Source: Acidobacteriota bacterium (GTDB lineage: Bacteria > Acidobacteriota > UBA6911 > RPQK01 > JAJDTT01). From it: a stretch of DNA of 64,000 nucleotides. Below, one piece after another: positions 33,272-43,485 of this stretch (within the stretch, counting starts at the first letter, position 1; the number at the start of each line of letters is the position of its first letter). Made by a program: the position numbers and the translations under genes. The notes under the pieces were generated by a model, which ran no database searches, was not told the origin of the DNA, and saw only the letters and a program-made list of their open reading frames with translations. The stretch is taken from the NCBI GenBank assembly GCA_965263035.1, contig OZ253580.1, forward strand, positions 1 to 64,000. The letters run 5' to 3'.

Positions 33272-35055
33272 TGGAGTTGACCCGCTTTCGTGGACACATC
33301 CAAAGTAGGGGAGTAAGGAGGGATCCACGATGGCAAGAAAGCAGAGACGGTATCCGCCGGAGTTCCGGCGGGAGATCGTAGGGCTGGTGCGCTCGGGGCG
33401 ATCGCCGGAGGCACTGGCGGGGGAGTTCGAGCCCTCGGCTTCGGCGATCCGGAAGTGGGTCAAGCAGGCCGATCTGGACGAGGGGCACCGGAGCGACGGG
33501 TTGACGACGTTCGAGCGCCAGGAGTTGCGTCAGGCGAGGCGGGAGATCAAGCGCCTGCGGATGGAGCGGGACATCCTAAAAAAAGCCGCGGCTTGGTTCG
33601 CCCGGGAGAGCGACTCGATCCCAGGAAAGGATTCGAGTTCGTAAAGGCGCACCGGGCCCAGTTTCCGATTCGGGTGATGTGCCGCGTGTTGGGTCTCTCC
33701 CCCAGTGGGTACTACGCCTGGTTGAAACGTCTGCCCTCGAATCGAGCTCGCCAGGACCAGGCGCTTCGGGAAAAGATCGTGCAGATCTGGAACGAGAACC
33801 GGAGAGTTTACGGTCGGCCTCGTCTGCATGCCGAACTGAGAGCTCGAGGGGAACGGACGAGCCCGAAGCGTGTCGGTCGATTGATGCGGGAAGCCGGGAT
33901 TCAGGGGGCGAGCCGGAGACACCGGAAGGCCGGGCTCACCCGGAGGGACCGGGAGGCCCGTCCAGCACCGGACTTGGTGAACCGGAACTTCGCGGCTGAG
34001 GGACCGGATCAGCTCTGGGTGGCGGACCTGACGTATGTCCGCACGAAGGCGGGCTGGTTGTATGTGGCCGTGGTCCTGGACGCTTGGAGCCGCTTGGTCG
34101 TGGGCTGGGCGATGGAGACCCATCTGCGGTCCGAACTGGTCGAGAAGGCGCTCGCCATGGCGGTGATACGGCGGCAGCCGAAGCAGGTGATCCACCACTC
34201 GGACCAAGGGGCGCAGTACACCTCGACTGCCTTCGGGAAGAGATGCCGGGAGGCCGGGGTGCGGCCGTCGATGGGCTCGGTGGGGGACGCTTACGACAAC
34301 GCCATGTGCGAGAGCTTCTTCGCGACGCTGGAGTGCGAGTTGCTGGACCGTCACCAGTTCCGGAATCCGAATCAGGCGAGGCGGGCCGTCTTCGACTTCA
34401 TTGAGGGATTCTACAACCGGCGCCGCCGACACTCGGCGCTGGGCTACGAGTCGCCGGTCCGCTACGAGCAGCAGGCAGCGTAGGACCCACGGCGTCGTCG
34501 AAACTCGATCCGGACGACGAGATCCTCGATTCGTGCTCTCGCCGAGTGCAGTGATGACCTGCTGGGGTCGTCTTTCCTGCCTCCAATGCCGGTCCTGCGG
34601 GCCGGGAGGCTCAGAAGGACTGACGCCGCCTCACGAACCGGTTCGTTTTCGCGCTGCTCGACCACGAAGCCAGCACCATCACCGTCGCACCAAGCGTCGC
34701 GCGCGACACGATTGAAGAGGGCAGGGGGGCGCTGCCCCCCTGAGACCCCCGGATGCAAAGAGATACACACCACTCTTAAATCCCTGGAAAGAGAGCGCCG
34801 AGGCCCCCTCGTTACGCGGTATCCCATTGTGGAAAATCAGAGATTTCCCACAACGTGAGCCCTTTTGCTGACGCCTCCATCAGTCCCCCCCCAAAGAAGA
34901 AAGAACGCTCTGTCAATGGTCAACACCCTGACATTTTCTATGGCCATTGACATTCAGCGGGAGGAAGTCTTGCTCCCCAACGACAGAAGGAGTATTACAA
35001 CCTAGACCAACGTAAACCGCACTAATAAATCGTCCACGAAAACGGGACACCTTCA
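33272..35055 (+). mobile_element. IS3-family element, complete, with long 3' non-coding tail
   Basis: TG...CA ends; IRs TGGAGTTGACCCGCTTTCGTGGAC / TGAAGGTGTCCCGTTTTCGTGGAC; 4-bp TSD AAAC. Confidence 0.92.
33330..34483 (+). CDS. IS3 transposase OrfA/OrfB with -1 frameshift site (A7G, ~33580)
   Basis: OrfA HTH and leucine zipper; OrfB WVADLTY, HHSDQG, ESFF. Confidence 0.93.
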
Positions 35056-35153
35056 AAACACCCTCACACTCTTTAAGACAGGAAGTTAGTTACAAGAAGT
35101 AATCCCGGCGGGCTGTGGAAACCGAAGGAGGGGGAACGGTGGCTAATGGACCC

Positions 35154-35270
35154 CTAGGAGGCTGTCCGAGAACTCGAAAAATCATAGTCTTTAAAAACTT
35201 AAACCTTTATAAATCAATAGTTTACAAACAAGACTGTTTGAAAAAAGTCTATTCTCGGACAGCCTCCTAG
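35154..35270. mobile_element. MITE-B copy 2 (inverted, diverged interior)
   Basis: Same 16-bp TIRs and same length as copy 1; IHF consensus AATCAATAGTTTA. Confidence 0.85.
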
Positions 35271-35450
35271 GGCCGTGCTACTGGCCGAAAGGGACGCGGC
35301 AAGGCGGGATTCCAGACTCCGGGCGCGGTTCCTGAGCTACCGATTGAACGCTCCGGCAAGGGACGAATCCGCCGTCTTGTTACAGGTTGCGGACTGGAAA
35401 CGGACTCTCGTCCGTACTCTCCCGGAACGTGACGGCGCTCCGGCCGTCCT
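35267..35450 (+). pseudogene. Terminase large subunit, continuation
   Basis: RAVLLAERDAARRDSRLRARFLSYRLN joins in frame to ...FPES at 22690. Confidence 0.75.
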
Positions 35451-35895
35451 CCTGGTCGTTGGTCAGGGTGCCCAGGTGCCATTTCCCGAAGTGCCCCGTC
35501 GTGTAGCCTCTCTGCTTCAGCATTTCCGCGAGAGTGACTTCCTGGTCGCGGATGTGACCGGTGTTGGCAAACGGGATCCCGTACCGGTAGGGATGGCGCC
35601 CGGTCAGCGCGCTGCCTCGGGTCGGCGAACACACCGGTGCTGCCGAATAGAACCGGTCGAAGCGAAGTCCGGCCGCGCTCATCCCATCGAGGTTCGGCGT
35701 CTTGAGGAACGGATGGAACGGATGCCCGTTGTAGCCGGTGTCGCCCCATCCCTGGTCGTCGGACATGCACAGGATCACGTTCGGCGTCGTGGGCGGTTCT
35801 CCGGGGCCGGTGGCCGACACGCACCCCGCAAGGGGAACTGCGGCGACGGCCAGCGAGCCGTGCAGGAACTCCCGGCGGCTCGGTCTGTCTGCCAT
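35445..35895 (-). pseudogene. Sulfatase, N-terminal part with Tat signal
   Basis: [32 protein letters not shown]. Confidence 0.88.
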
Positions 35896-35946
35896 CCCGG
35901 TTCCCTCTTCCTACCGTCTCGGCGACTCGAATGGAGATCGCGGCGG

Positions 35947-37410
35947 TCAGCGGTGGACGGCCGGAGCGTCGGCCGAACTCTCATCAATCGACGCGATCCC
36001 TGTGGACGCGCCGAAGCAATAGAGCCGGCTTGTCGTTCGAATGAGGAGACACCCGCCGGCAATCGCCGGCGTCGCGTACACGTCCTCGTTCAAGTCGTTC
36101 GTCTGCAGCACCTTCCAGTCCGGACCGGGCTCGAGCACGACGGCTTTTCCGGCGTCGCTCACCATGTAGATCTTGCCGTCTCCAGCCACGGGCGAGGCGT
36201 AGAAGCCGTCGAGCGCATCCTGCAGCCTGCCCTGCTTGAGAACCTTTCCGCTGGCCGGATCCAACGCCGTCACGATGCCGCCGTTGCGCACCAGGTAGAG
36301 CACGCCGCGATAGAGGATCGGCGAAGCCACATCGGGGAGCGACTTCTGATGGCGCCAGATCAGGTGAGACTTGGTCACGTTCCCCCGGCCACCGAGGCGG
36401 ATTGCCATGCAGCCGTTCTCGGAGACCCGGCGGGCCCGGTAGTGCTCCCAATCCCGTGCGTTCATGGTGCCGTTCTTGTTCCGGTCGTGCATCTCCCAAC
36501 TGCCGGGCAGCCATTCTGCGGGGATCTCCTGCTTGGTCAGTTCCGAATCGCCGTTCGTGTCGAACCGGTCGCGCATCTCCTCGAACGGCAGCAACTCTAG
36601 GCGAGCCGTCGGCTCTCCCCCGGGAGCCCACCCATTGAAATAGAGCCGGTCCCCGTCAACAACAGGTACGGACTTGACCTGGTAGGTCAGTCCGTCGAGC
36701 CGCCAGAGTTCGCGGCCGTCTGCGGCGTAGCCGGTCATACGGTACGAGCCCGGCACGATGATCTCGGGGCTTCCCTGTCCCCGGTCGTGGACGACGGGCG
36801 TGGAGAAGCTGTGCACGACGTCGGGGCGCGCCTGCTTCCAGAGAATTTCGCCGTCGGCCGGGTCCACGGCGATGACGAAGGCGTCGAGGTCCTGGTCGCA
36901 GACTTGGACGAGCTTGCCGTCGACCAGGATCGGGGACGCCCCCATGCCGTGGAAATTGGTGAACGGTCCCAGCGGCCGCGTCCAGAGCTCGGTTCCGTCC
37001 GCGCCGTAGGCGACGAGACCGTACCCGCCGAAGAACGCGTAGACGTTCGTCCCGTCGGTGACCGGAGTCGGCGCGGCCTCGTCGTTCAGACGGTGCATTT
37101 TCTCGGTTCTTGTGGAGGGCGCGGCCCGGCGCCAGATCTCCTTGCCGGTCGAGCGGTCGAGGGCCATGGTGAGAAGCTTTCCGTCGTGGTGTGCCGTCAG
37201 GAAGATTCTGGTTTCCGTAACGATCGGTGAGGACTTGCCCGGAGGCAGACTCGTTTCCCAGATCACGTTGGAGCCGGGTCCGAAGACCGCGGGCAGCGGG
37301 CCCTCTTCAGCGACGCCGGTTCCGTTCGGCCCGCGGAACCGCGTCCAGTCCGACGCGATTGCGACGCAGGTGAAAACCAGCAAAGACAGGACTGACTTGG
37401 CCAACGGCAT
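35947..37410 (-). CDS. Secreted PQQ-like beta-propeller repeat protein
   Basis: Signal peptide; DWTRFRGPNG; repeated SSP/ASP...G.ELW units. Confidence 0.85.
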   Translation of the reverse strand: MPLAKSVLSLLVFTCVAIASDWTRFRGPNGTGVAEEGPLPAVFGPGSNVIWETSLPPGKSSPIVTETRIFLTAHHDGKLLTMALDRSTGKEIWRRAAPSTRTEKMHRLNDEAAPTPVTDGTNVYAFFGGYGLVAYGADGTELWTRPLGPFTNFHGMGASPILVDGKLVQVCDQDLDAFVIAVDPADGEILWKQARPDVVHSFSTPVVHDRGQGSPEIIVPGSYRMTGYAADGRELWRLDGLTYQVKSVPVVDGDRLYFNGWAPGGEPTARLELLPFEEMRDRFDTNGDSELTKQEIPAEWLPGSWEMHDRNKNGTMNARDWEHYRARRVSENGCMAIRLGGRGNVTKSHLIWRHQKSLPDVASPILYRGVLYLVRNGGIVTALDPASGKVLKQGRLQDALDGFYASPVAGDGKIYMVSDAGKAVVLEPGPDWKVLQTNDLNEDVYATPAIAGGCLLIRTTSRLYCFGASTGIASIDESSADAPAVHR

Positions 37411-37527
37411 GGCTAAAGACTACCCGATTTCGACAGACCATGGTCCGGAAGGAGGGGCGATTTCCAATCGCCCATTCCCCGCTTACCCAACTCTCCTCCG
37501 GTGTTCGGCGGCTGGAAACCGCCGCTC

Positions 37528-38157
37528 GTGCGCCCGACATGGGCTGTATCTAAGGGATGAAAGATCCCAAGGGAGGTGATGGGACCAACCCTAGCCGAAC
37601 CGCAAGGCGTAGCCGCGAGGTGAAGCTGAAGGAAGCGGAAGGCAAACCCACGACCGCAGGAACACGAACCGGCAGTGAGGCCGGGTGCGGGCGGTGAGCT
37701 GGCGAGCAACAGCGAAACCCGAACCCCATCCAGACGCATCAGGTAGAGCCGGGCGGCCCGGGGGGAAAGATGCAGCACCTTACTCGGGGAGATCTCAAGG
37801 GTGAGAGCCCTTGAGAAGTCAGCAGAGGTCGTAGTAGCGAAGAAGCTGGGTAATGCCGGTGGAGCGAAGGACCGAAGGAGTCGGACTGGCCCTATGGTGG
37901 ACTCGTCAGCGGGATCGCAACTACCTCCGAAAACGGGCCGTGGGGAGGCCCCTCGGACCCGGCATGGAAGGCCCACGGGTGGAGCCCGGCAAGCCGGAAG
38001 GGCGGAGATCAAGTCTCAGCGGCGGCGGAAACCGGAAAGAAAGGCCCTGTACGAGGCTCGAAAGAGCCTCGGGTGACTCCAACCGCCGGATACTGAAAAC
38101 GGTATGTCCGGTGGTGTGGGAGGGTGCAGGGGCGCAATCCCCTGCACTCGACCCGAT
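37528..38157 (+). ncRNA. ORF-less group IIC intron
   Basis: 5' GTGCGCCCG; AGAAGTCAGCAGAGG..GTAGTA; short DV with CGC triad (AACCGCCGGATAC...GTCCGGTGGTGT); DVI hairpin; 3' CCCGAT; no RT ORF. Confidence 0.9.
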
Positions 38158-38419
38158 CGGCTCGGCGGTTGGAAATCGTTGCTCCAATCCTTGGAGAACA
38201 CCGACGGGCCGGCAGCGCATTGACAGCGTCATCGCGGTGTACGGCCGGACCTGCATCCCGGCGGACTTCATAGCTCCCCGGTCACATACGGGCTAGAATG
38301 CTCCCTTGGCGCATTTGGTCCGGCGAGCCGGGTCCCGGTTACGGGGGACGGTCACCACGGAAGGATTCCGAGGCGGGATTGCCGAAGCCAAAGGCTCAAC
38401 GATCTGCGGAGGATCCGTG

Positions 38420-40927
38420 ATGATGACGAATACCCGTTGGCTTGTGGCCCCGATCTTGGTCTGCCTGTGCCTGTCACAGAATGTGCGTTCCCAGGACTCG
38501 CCCACTCCGGTGGATCTGACTCCCTATCTCGTGCAGCCGAAAGCACAGGAATCGGGTCCGTCCGGATTCCAGTTGGCGTTCGCCGGCGAGGCCAGTCACC
38601 GGCTCCAGTTCCAGTATGGAGCCGAGGAGGCCGTCGAGCTGCAGGTGTCGGTGGGGTACCCGGCGGGAGGAGCTCGAACCCTGCGTCAGCTTCTGGACCC
38701 GGGTGCGGAAGGCCGTGAGGTCGGTTTCGATCTGGGGCCCCTGCTGGCCCACGGACCCTATCGTCCGATCCCCGCCTACACTCGCAAGGGTCCCCAGGCG
38801 AAGACTTGGCGTCCCTTGCGCACCGGCTGGTGGGTCGATACCCAGGATCCGGGCAAATATCTCGTGACCGTCATGGGAAGACGGGTGCGGGACGGCCAGA
38901 CCCTGTTTACGACCGACCTTCGGATCCCGGTCCAGAACTGGGTGGGGGCAGATCTGGACCGCTTGGCCTACATCGACGACAACGCGGCCGAGGCGGAGCT
39001 CTGGCTGGAGAAAGGCGCACCCGTCACGGAGCTGCCGGTCGAAGTGGATCTCGTGGAAGCCCGGACCGGCAGCCGGCGATCCTCCTCCACTCCGGTCCGC
39101 CTGACCCGGGACAAGATCCGGGTGGCCTTCGACCTGAGGGACCTGGAGTCAGCGACCTATCACGTTCGGGTCCGGCCTCGTATCGACGGCCGTCTCTGGG
39201 ACGACGGTGTCCGCCGGGCTCTCTACGTGTTCCGGAACGGGCCGCCGCCAAAACCGGAGCCACCTATCGAGATTCCGGTGGCTCCCCAGTTGTTCCTGGA
39301 CGACTTCCTGATCGATGAGCAGCGGAATCTCCAGAGGGTCTTCCATCCGGCTCGCAAGCTGGATGCTCAACCGATTGTCCGGGCGGACCGGCCCTGGGAG
39401 GGGCACGCGGTCATGGTGCCCAAGGGCTCGAGATACGAATTCAACGAGAAGCAGAACCGTTACGAACTGGAATACATTAGCCTGAGCCGCTATCGGTTGC
39501 TGGCCGTCTCCAGTGACGGAGTGCGTTGGACCAAGCCGGATCTGGGCCTGGTGGAGTTCGAGGGATCCCGGGCCAACAACATTCTGGAGATCGTTCCCCG
39601 CGGGAGCAACGTGGAAGCGGACGGCCGCTTCGGGGGACTGTGGGATTACAGGACTCGCGGGGTGCCTGATCTCCGGACCGCCAGCATGGTCTACACCCCC
39701 AAGACCGAAGACATGTTCTTCCTCCGGGGGACGTACCTGGTGGTCCGGGACTCGGACGGTGTCCGGTATCTCACCACGGAACGGCCCTTCATGCGGCATC
39801 ACTCGCAGTTGGAGTCGTTGGACAACCCCAACGACAACCTGGGGCCCATGTTCTACGACGAGCGGACGGGTGAGCTGGTGCTGTACTTCGCGCCGCATCC
39901 TCCGGCCAAGGGGCGGGGACTGGTGCGTTACGACAACAAGTGGGCGGTCTCGCGGAACCTGGGACGCATGACCACGCGAGACGGCGTGAACTGGCACCGG
40001 AGCTACATCTGGGCGCCGCCGCGGGAACATCCGAAGCACCAGAGTTACGGAATGCAGCGGGTGAAGCAGATCGGCGACCTGTACGTGGCGTTCTTTCCTC
40101 TCTACGACTGCGGGACGCAGCAGATGGACGTCCATATCTGGGTGAGCCGGAACGGGATTCACTGGGAGGATGTTGGAGGGGACCAAGCCTGGATCCCCAA
40201 CGGACCCGACGGCAGCTTCGATCATGGGATCGTCTACAGCCTCATCGACGGGCCGGTGGAGGGGGACCGGTCCGAGGCCTTCTACCACGGGACGAACACC
40301 CTGCACTTCAACGCCTGGATCCTGAGCCGGTTGAGGGGGGGATTGGATGATCCTCCAGTGCCAGCCTCCAAGATCTTCGACGAGAAGACCTACAACGGGC
40401 GGCCTTATCTGTCGCCGCCGGCGCCGGTGGGGCCGGGGTGGGCCATGTACGACTGCATCTGGAGTTGGCGGCGGCCTCGCTGCAGCCAGACCATGGAGGA
40501 AGTACGGGAAGCCTTCTGGGCCGAGGTGGAGGCGAACACGGGGCAGAATCGAAGCAACCACGTGGAGAAGAGCCGTGAGTACGAGATCGTGCCGTTCCGG
40601 GTGGAGTTTCGCACCAATGGGTTCGCGTCGAGACGGGCCGGGGAGCAGGAGGGCGTGTTGACGACCCATCCCTTGATCTTCCAAGGGAGCCGTCTGACGG
40701 TGAATGCCGCGGCAAGTGTGGGTCGAGTGGCTGTAGAGGTCTTGGACGAATGGGGTAGTCCCCTGCCCGGTTACGGCCGAAAGGAGTGCCGGCTCGAGGC
40801 CTTCGACAGCATTCAGCAGGAGGTCACATGGCGCGGACAATCGACTCTGGATACATTACGAGGCCACCCGGTTCGTCTCCGATTCTACGTTCACAAAGCT
40901 GACATTTACGGATTTCAAATACATTGA
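38420..40927 (+). CDS. Secreted hypothetical protein, glycosidase-like beta-propeller
   Basis: Signal peptide; LFLDD; Asp-box-like SSDGVRW, TRDGVNW, SRNGIHW; C-terminal LRF...IYGFQ. Confidence 0.7.
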   Translation: MMTNTRWLVAPILVCLCLSQNVRSQDSPTPVDLTPYLVQPKAQESGPSGFQLAFAGEASHRLQFQYGAEEAVELQVSVGYPAGGARTLRQLLDPGAEGREVGFDLGPLLAHGPYRPIPAYTRKGPQAKTWRPLRTGWWVDTQDPGKYLVTVMGRRVRDGQTLFTTDLRIPVQNWVGADLDRLAYIDDNAAEAELWLEKGAPVTELPVEVDLVEARTGSRRSSSTPVRLTRDKIRVAFDLRDLESATYHVRVRPRIDGRLWDDGVRRALYVFRNGPPPKPEPPIEIPVAPQLFLDDFLIDEQRNLQRVFHPARKLDAQPIVRADRPWEGHAVMVPKGSRYEFNEKQNRYELEYISLSRYRLLAVSSDGVRWTKPDLGLVEFEGSRANNILEIVPRGSNVEADGRFGGLWDYRTRGVPDLRTASMVYTPKTEDMFFLRGTYLVVRDSDGVRYLTTERPFMRHHSQLESLDNPNDNLGPMFYDERTGELVLYFAPHPPAKGRGLVRYDNKWAVSRNLGRMTTRDGVNWHRSYIWAPPREHPKHQSYGMQRVKQIGDLYVAFFPLYDCGTQQMDVHIWVSRNGIHWEDVGGDQAWIPNGPDGSFDHGIVYSLIDGPVEGDRSEAFYHGTNTLHFNAWILSRLRGGLDDPPVPASKIFDEKTYNGRPYLSPPAPVGPGWAMYDCIWSWRRPRCSQTMEEVREAFWAEVEANTGQNRSNHVEKSREYEIVPFRVEFRTNGFASRRAGEQEGVLTTHPLIFQGSRLTVNAAASVGRVAVEVLDEWGSPLPGYGRKECRLEAFDSIQQEVTWRGQSTLDTLRGHPVRLRFYVHKADIYGFQIH

Positions 40928-41270
40928 CCAGCAGGGTTCATATGGAGCTTCGCCGATAGAGCAGAGGCCGGACCCTGAGGTGCCGCAGATGAGGGAGTGT
41001 CGGTGTGGATAGATTACATATTGTGCTGTGTCACGTCACCGCTTCTTGTATCCTTTTAACGATGGTATTAGACGGGTTGAACCAATCTCAGCAACGAAGA
41101 TCATTACCCTCTTCTAGACACTAGGTCCAACTGCCATTCGCAGGCCCGCATTATGGAACCCAATGCCCCCACATTCCCATCACGCAGAGTTCGAATCTTG
41201 GGAGTACTCACATCAACCATCGTCATCATCCTTGTATAGATACCACAAAATATCATTAAGGTAAGATTCA

Positions 41271-42442
41271 ATGTCTAGTTACACCTCCAATTTCGCCGTC
41301 CGTCTATTCTACAGTTATAGCCACAAAGACAGTCATTTTCGCGACTCTATGGAAGACTCGCTTTCATTGCTCAAACAACGTGGATTGCTCGATGACTGGT
41401 CAGATGTAAAGATTTTACCCGGAGGAAAGATCTCGAAAACCAACAGGAAGAAGATGGATAACGCTGACATCATGGTGTTTCTTCTCAGCCGGAACTTCAT
41501 TGCTTCGACCGAGTGCATGAAGGAATGGGAGTACGCAAAGCGTCGTACTAATGAAAAAGTGCTCGTCCGCATTCCAATAATTCTATCCGATTGTGCGTGG
41601 CTAGATTTGCTTGGGAGCGACGACATCAAAGCATTGCCGCGAGATGGCAAACCTATCATGCGATTTGCCGATGACGGTGGCGCCTGGCAACAGGTATATG
41701 AGGGCATTAAAGTCGTTGTAGACAACTTACGAACAACTTTCACTCCAAAACAGGAATTCTTGGAGATAATGGAGAAAACCGATTTCTTGTCCGTACAACA
41801 CATTAGACTACAGGACATTTTTATATTTTTAAGATTGTCCTGTTACGCACCTCATGCAAGGGGGGAACATCCACCAAAAGAACAGGTTGACACCATAGAG
41901 GAGCTATTAAAGAATAAATATACGATAGTCCACGGTGACGAGATGAGTGGCAAGACAGCTCTCGGGCGCTTTCTGTTTCTTTCTCTGACAAAGGAGTTGG
42001 AACCTGTTCTGCATATAGATTTGCAACATCTTCCTAGACGTCCCCTTCGAGAAGAAACCTTTCGCCATACATATCACCGGCAGTTTAATGGCGATTATTC
42101 TCTCTGGAAGCGACAGCCTTCAAAAACCCTTATATTGGACAACTTGCAGCCAACTCCTCAATTAGTTAAATTTATTGTACTCTCCAAGGATTATTTCGAT
42201 AAAATAATAGTTACTTTATCGTCTGATATATTCAACTCGTTTTTCAGGGACGAAGAGCGTCTGGCCGAATTCTATGAAATGGAAATTGAACCGCTTACTC
42301 ACCGACAGCAAGAGACGTTGATTAGAAATAGACTCCGATTGTCGGATCGTAGCGAAACAATCACCGACGGCGTCGTCGATCAAATAGAAAACCGAGTGAA
42401 TTCCATAATCATTTCTAACAGGATCGTACCACGGTATCCATT
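41271..42442 (+). pseudogene. TIR-domain P-loop NTPase, 5' half
   Basis: FYSYSHKD...SRNFIASTECMKEW TIR; GDEMSGKT Walker A; ends at the TSD. Confidence 0.88.
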
Positions 42443-42493
42443 GGGGACTACACAGATGTCTAGGCACGCCCAAATGCGCCAAATCAGAGACTA

Positions 42494-42580
42494 TCAATCT
42501 CGCACGAAAGTGCTAGAATAGGAAGAGGGGAGCACAACAACCAAGGGCCACACCATCACAACTGCAAGGCCATCAGTCAT
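42494..42580 (-). CDS. 28-aa hydrophobic peptide (type I toxin-like)
   Basis: MTDGLAVVMVWPLVVVLPSSYSSTFVRD; SD GGAG; paralog adjacent. Confidence 0.45.
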   Translation of the reverse strand: MTDGLAVVMVWPLVVVLPSSYSSTFVRD

Positions 42581-42604
42581 CTTAAGGCTCCCCTGCCCCA
42601 TTGC

Positions 42605-42688
42605 CTACCGAATCAGGTAGAATGGCGGGGAGGGGAGCATAAAAACCAAGGCCGACACTAACACAATTAGATCAGCGGCATCAGTCAT
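42605..42688 (-). CDS. 27-aa hydrophobic peptide (type I toxin-like)
   Basis: MTDAADLIVLVSALVFMLPSPPFYLIR; SD GGAG; TATAAT upstream. Confidence 0.45.
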   Translation of the reverse strand: MTDAADLIVLVSALVFMLPSPPFYLIR

Positions 42689-42766
42689 CTTAAGGCTCCC
42701 CTCCATCATTTCATTATACTGCTTGCCTGTAAGATCAGACCCACGAAAGTGCTAGAATGGGATGGA

Positions 42767-42857
42767 GGCGGGTTGCCCGACTTTGGATGATGGGGCCTGT
42801 TTCAGAAACAGGTTGGTCCTTATGGCCACGGAGGTTCGAGTCCTCCACCCGCCTCCA
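42767..42857 (+). tRNA. Atypical tRNA, anticodon CAG, long variable arm, U73, CCA encoded
   Basis: GGCGGGT/ACCCGCC acceptor; CCTGT-TTCAGAA-ACAGG; GGAGG-TTCGAGT-CCTCC. Confidence 0.8.
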
Positions 42858-42904
42858 TCAGGGTTATTGTACTGCTTGCCTGTAAGATCAGACCCACGAA
42901 AGTG

Positions 42905-43159
42905 CTACAAGCCCTGTCGGTGAGACCTTTCTTTTGGAGTCAATGCCCATTCGACACCTCTCGGTTGATGGACTTTCCCTTGGTCCCTTAACAGTTTGAG
43001 TTGTCCTGTAGTAATTGCATTGAACCCCTGCTCTGGCAAACCGAGCTTTTCAGTAATTGGACTTAACGACAACCCCTCCTCGTATTTCTCCAATAGATTC
43101 AAGATTCCAGCTTGGATCAAGCGTTCTCCCATCTCTGCAAGCATTCTAGCCTCTGCCAT
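42905..43159 (-). CDS. Small winged-HTH-like protein
   Basis: ILNLL...GLSLSPITEKLG...LKLLRDQGKV...WALT; SD AGGAGG. Confidence 0.6.
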   Translation of the reverse strand: MAEARMLAEMGERLIQAGILNLLEKYEEGLSLSPITEKLGLPEQGFNAITTGQLKLLRDQGKVHQPRGVEWALTPKERSHRQGL

Positions 43160-43185
43160 CTGCTTCCTCCTAAGTAAAATACATC

Positions 43186-43485
43186 ATGGAACTAGGATTC
43201 ACACTTCCACCCACCCGACCCCGCCCAAAGATCCCTCTACAGCAAACGTGTAAGAGGTGTGGGCAACCAGACAAGTTCGACTTCCACGTACCAGATCATC
43301 TTTGGAAGTCTATAGTCCCAAAGTCCCATCGGAACCTTGCTATGTGTCTGTATTGCTTCGATGAGGAGGCCGCCGCTAAAGGTATTCCCTACGCGTGGGC
43401 CATCACTGAGTTTTGTTTTGCAGGCCGCGGAGCCACATTTGGCTTCACGGTGTCACGATACGTTGAAAAGAGGCAACTGATCTAG
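43186..43485 (+). CDS. Small CxxC...CxxC protein
   Basis: CKRC and CLYC motifs. Confidence 0.55.
   Translation: MELGFTLPPTRPRPKIPLQQTCKRCGQPDKFDFHVPDHLWKSIVPKSHRNLAMCLYCFDEEAAAKGIPYAWAITEFCFAGRGATFGFTVSRYVEKRQLI

Noticed and set aside
37801-38296. Intron-encoded RT, retron or DGR
   Set aside because: No YADD or other RT motifs in any frame, and no template/variable repeat pair
42767-42857. Selenocysteine tRNA (TTCA in loop)
   Set aside because: With a 5-bp stem and 7-nt loop the anticodon is CAG, and the acceptor/T arms are 7/5
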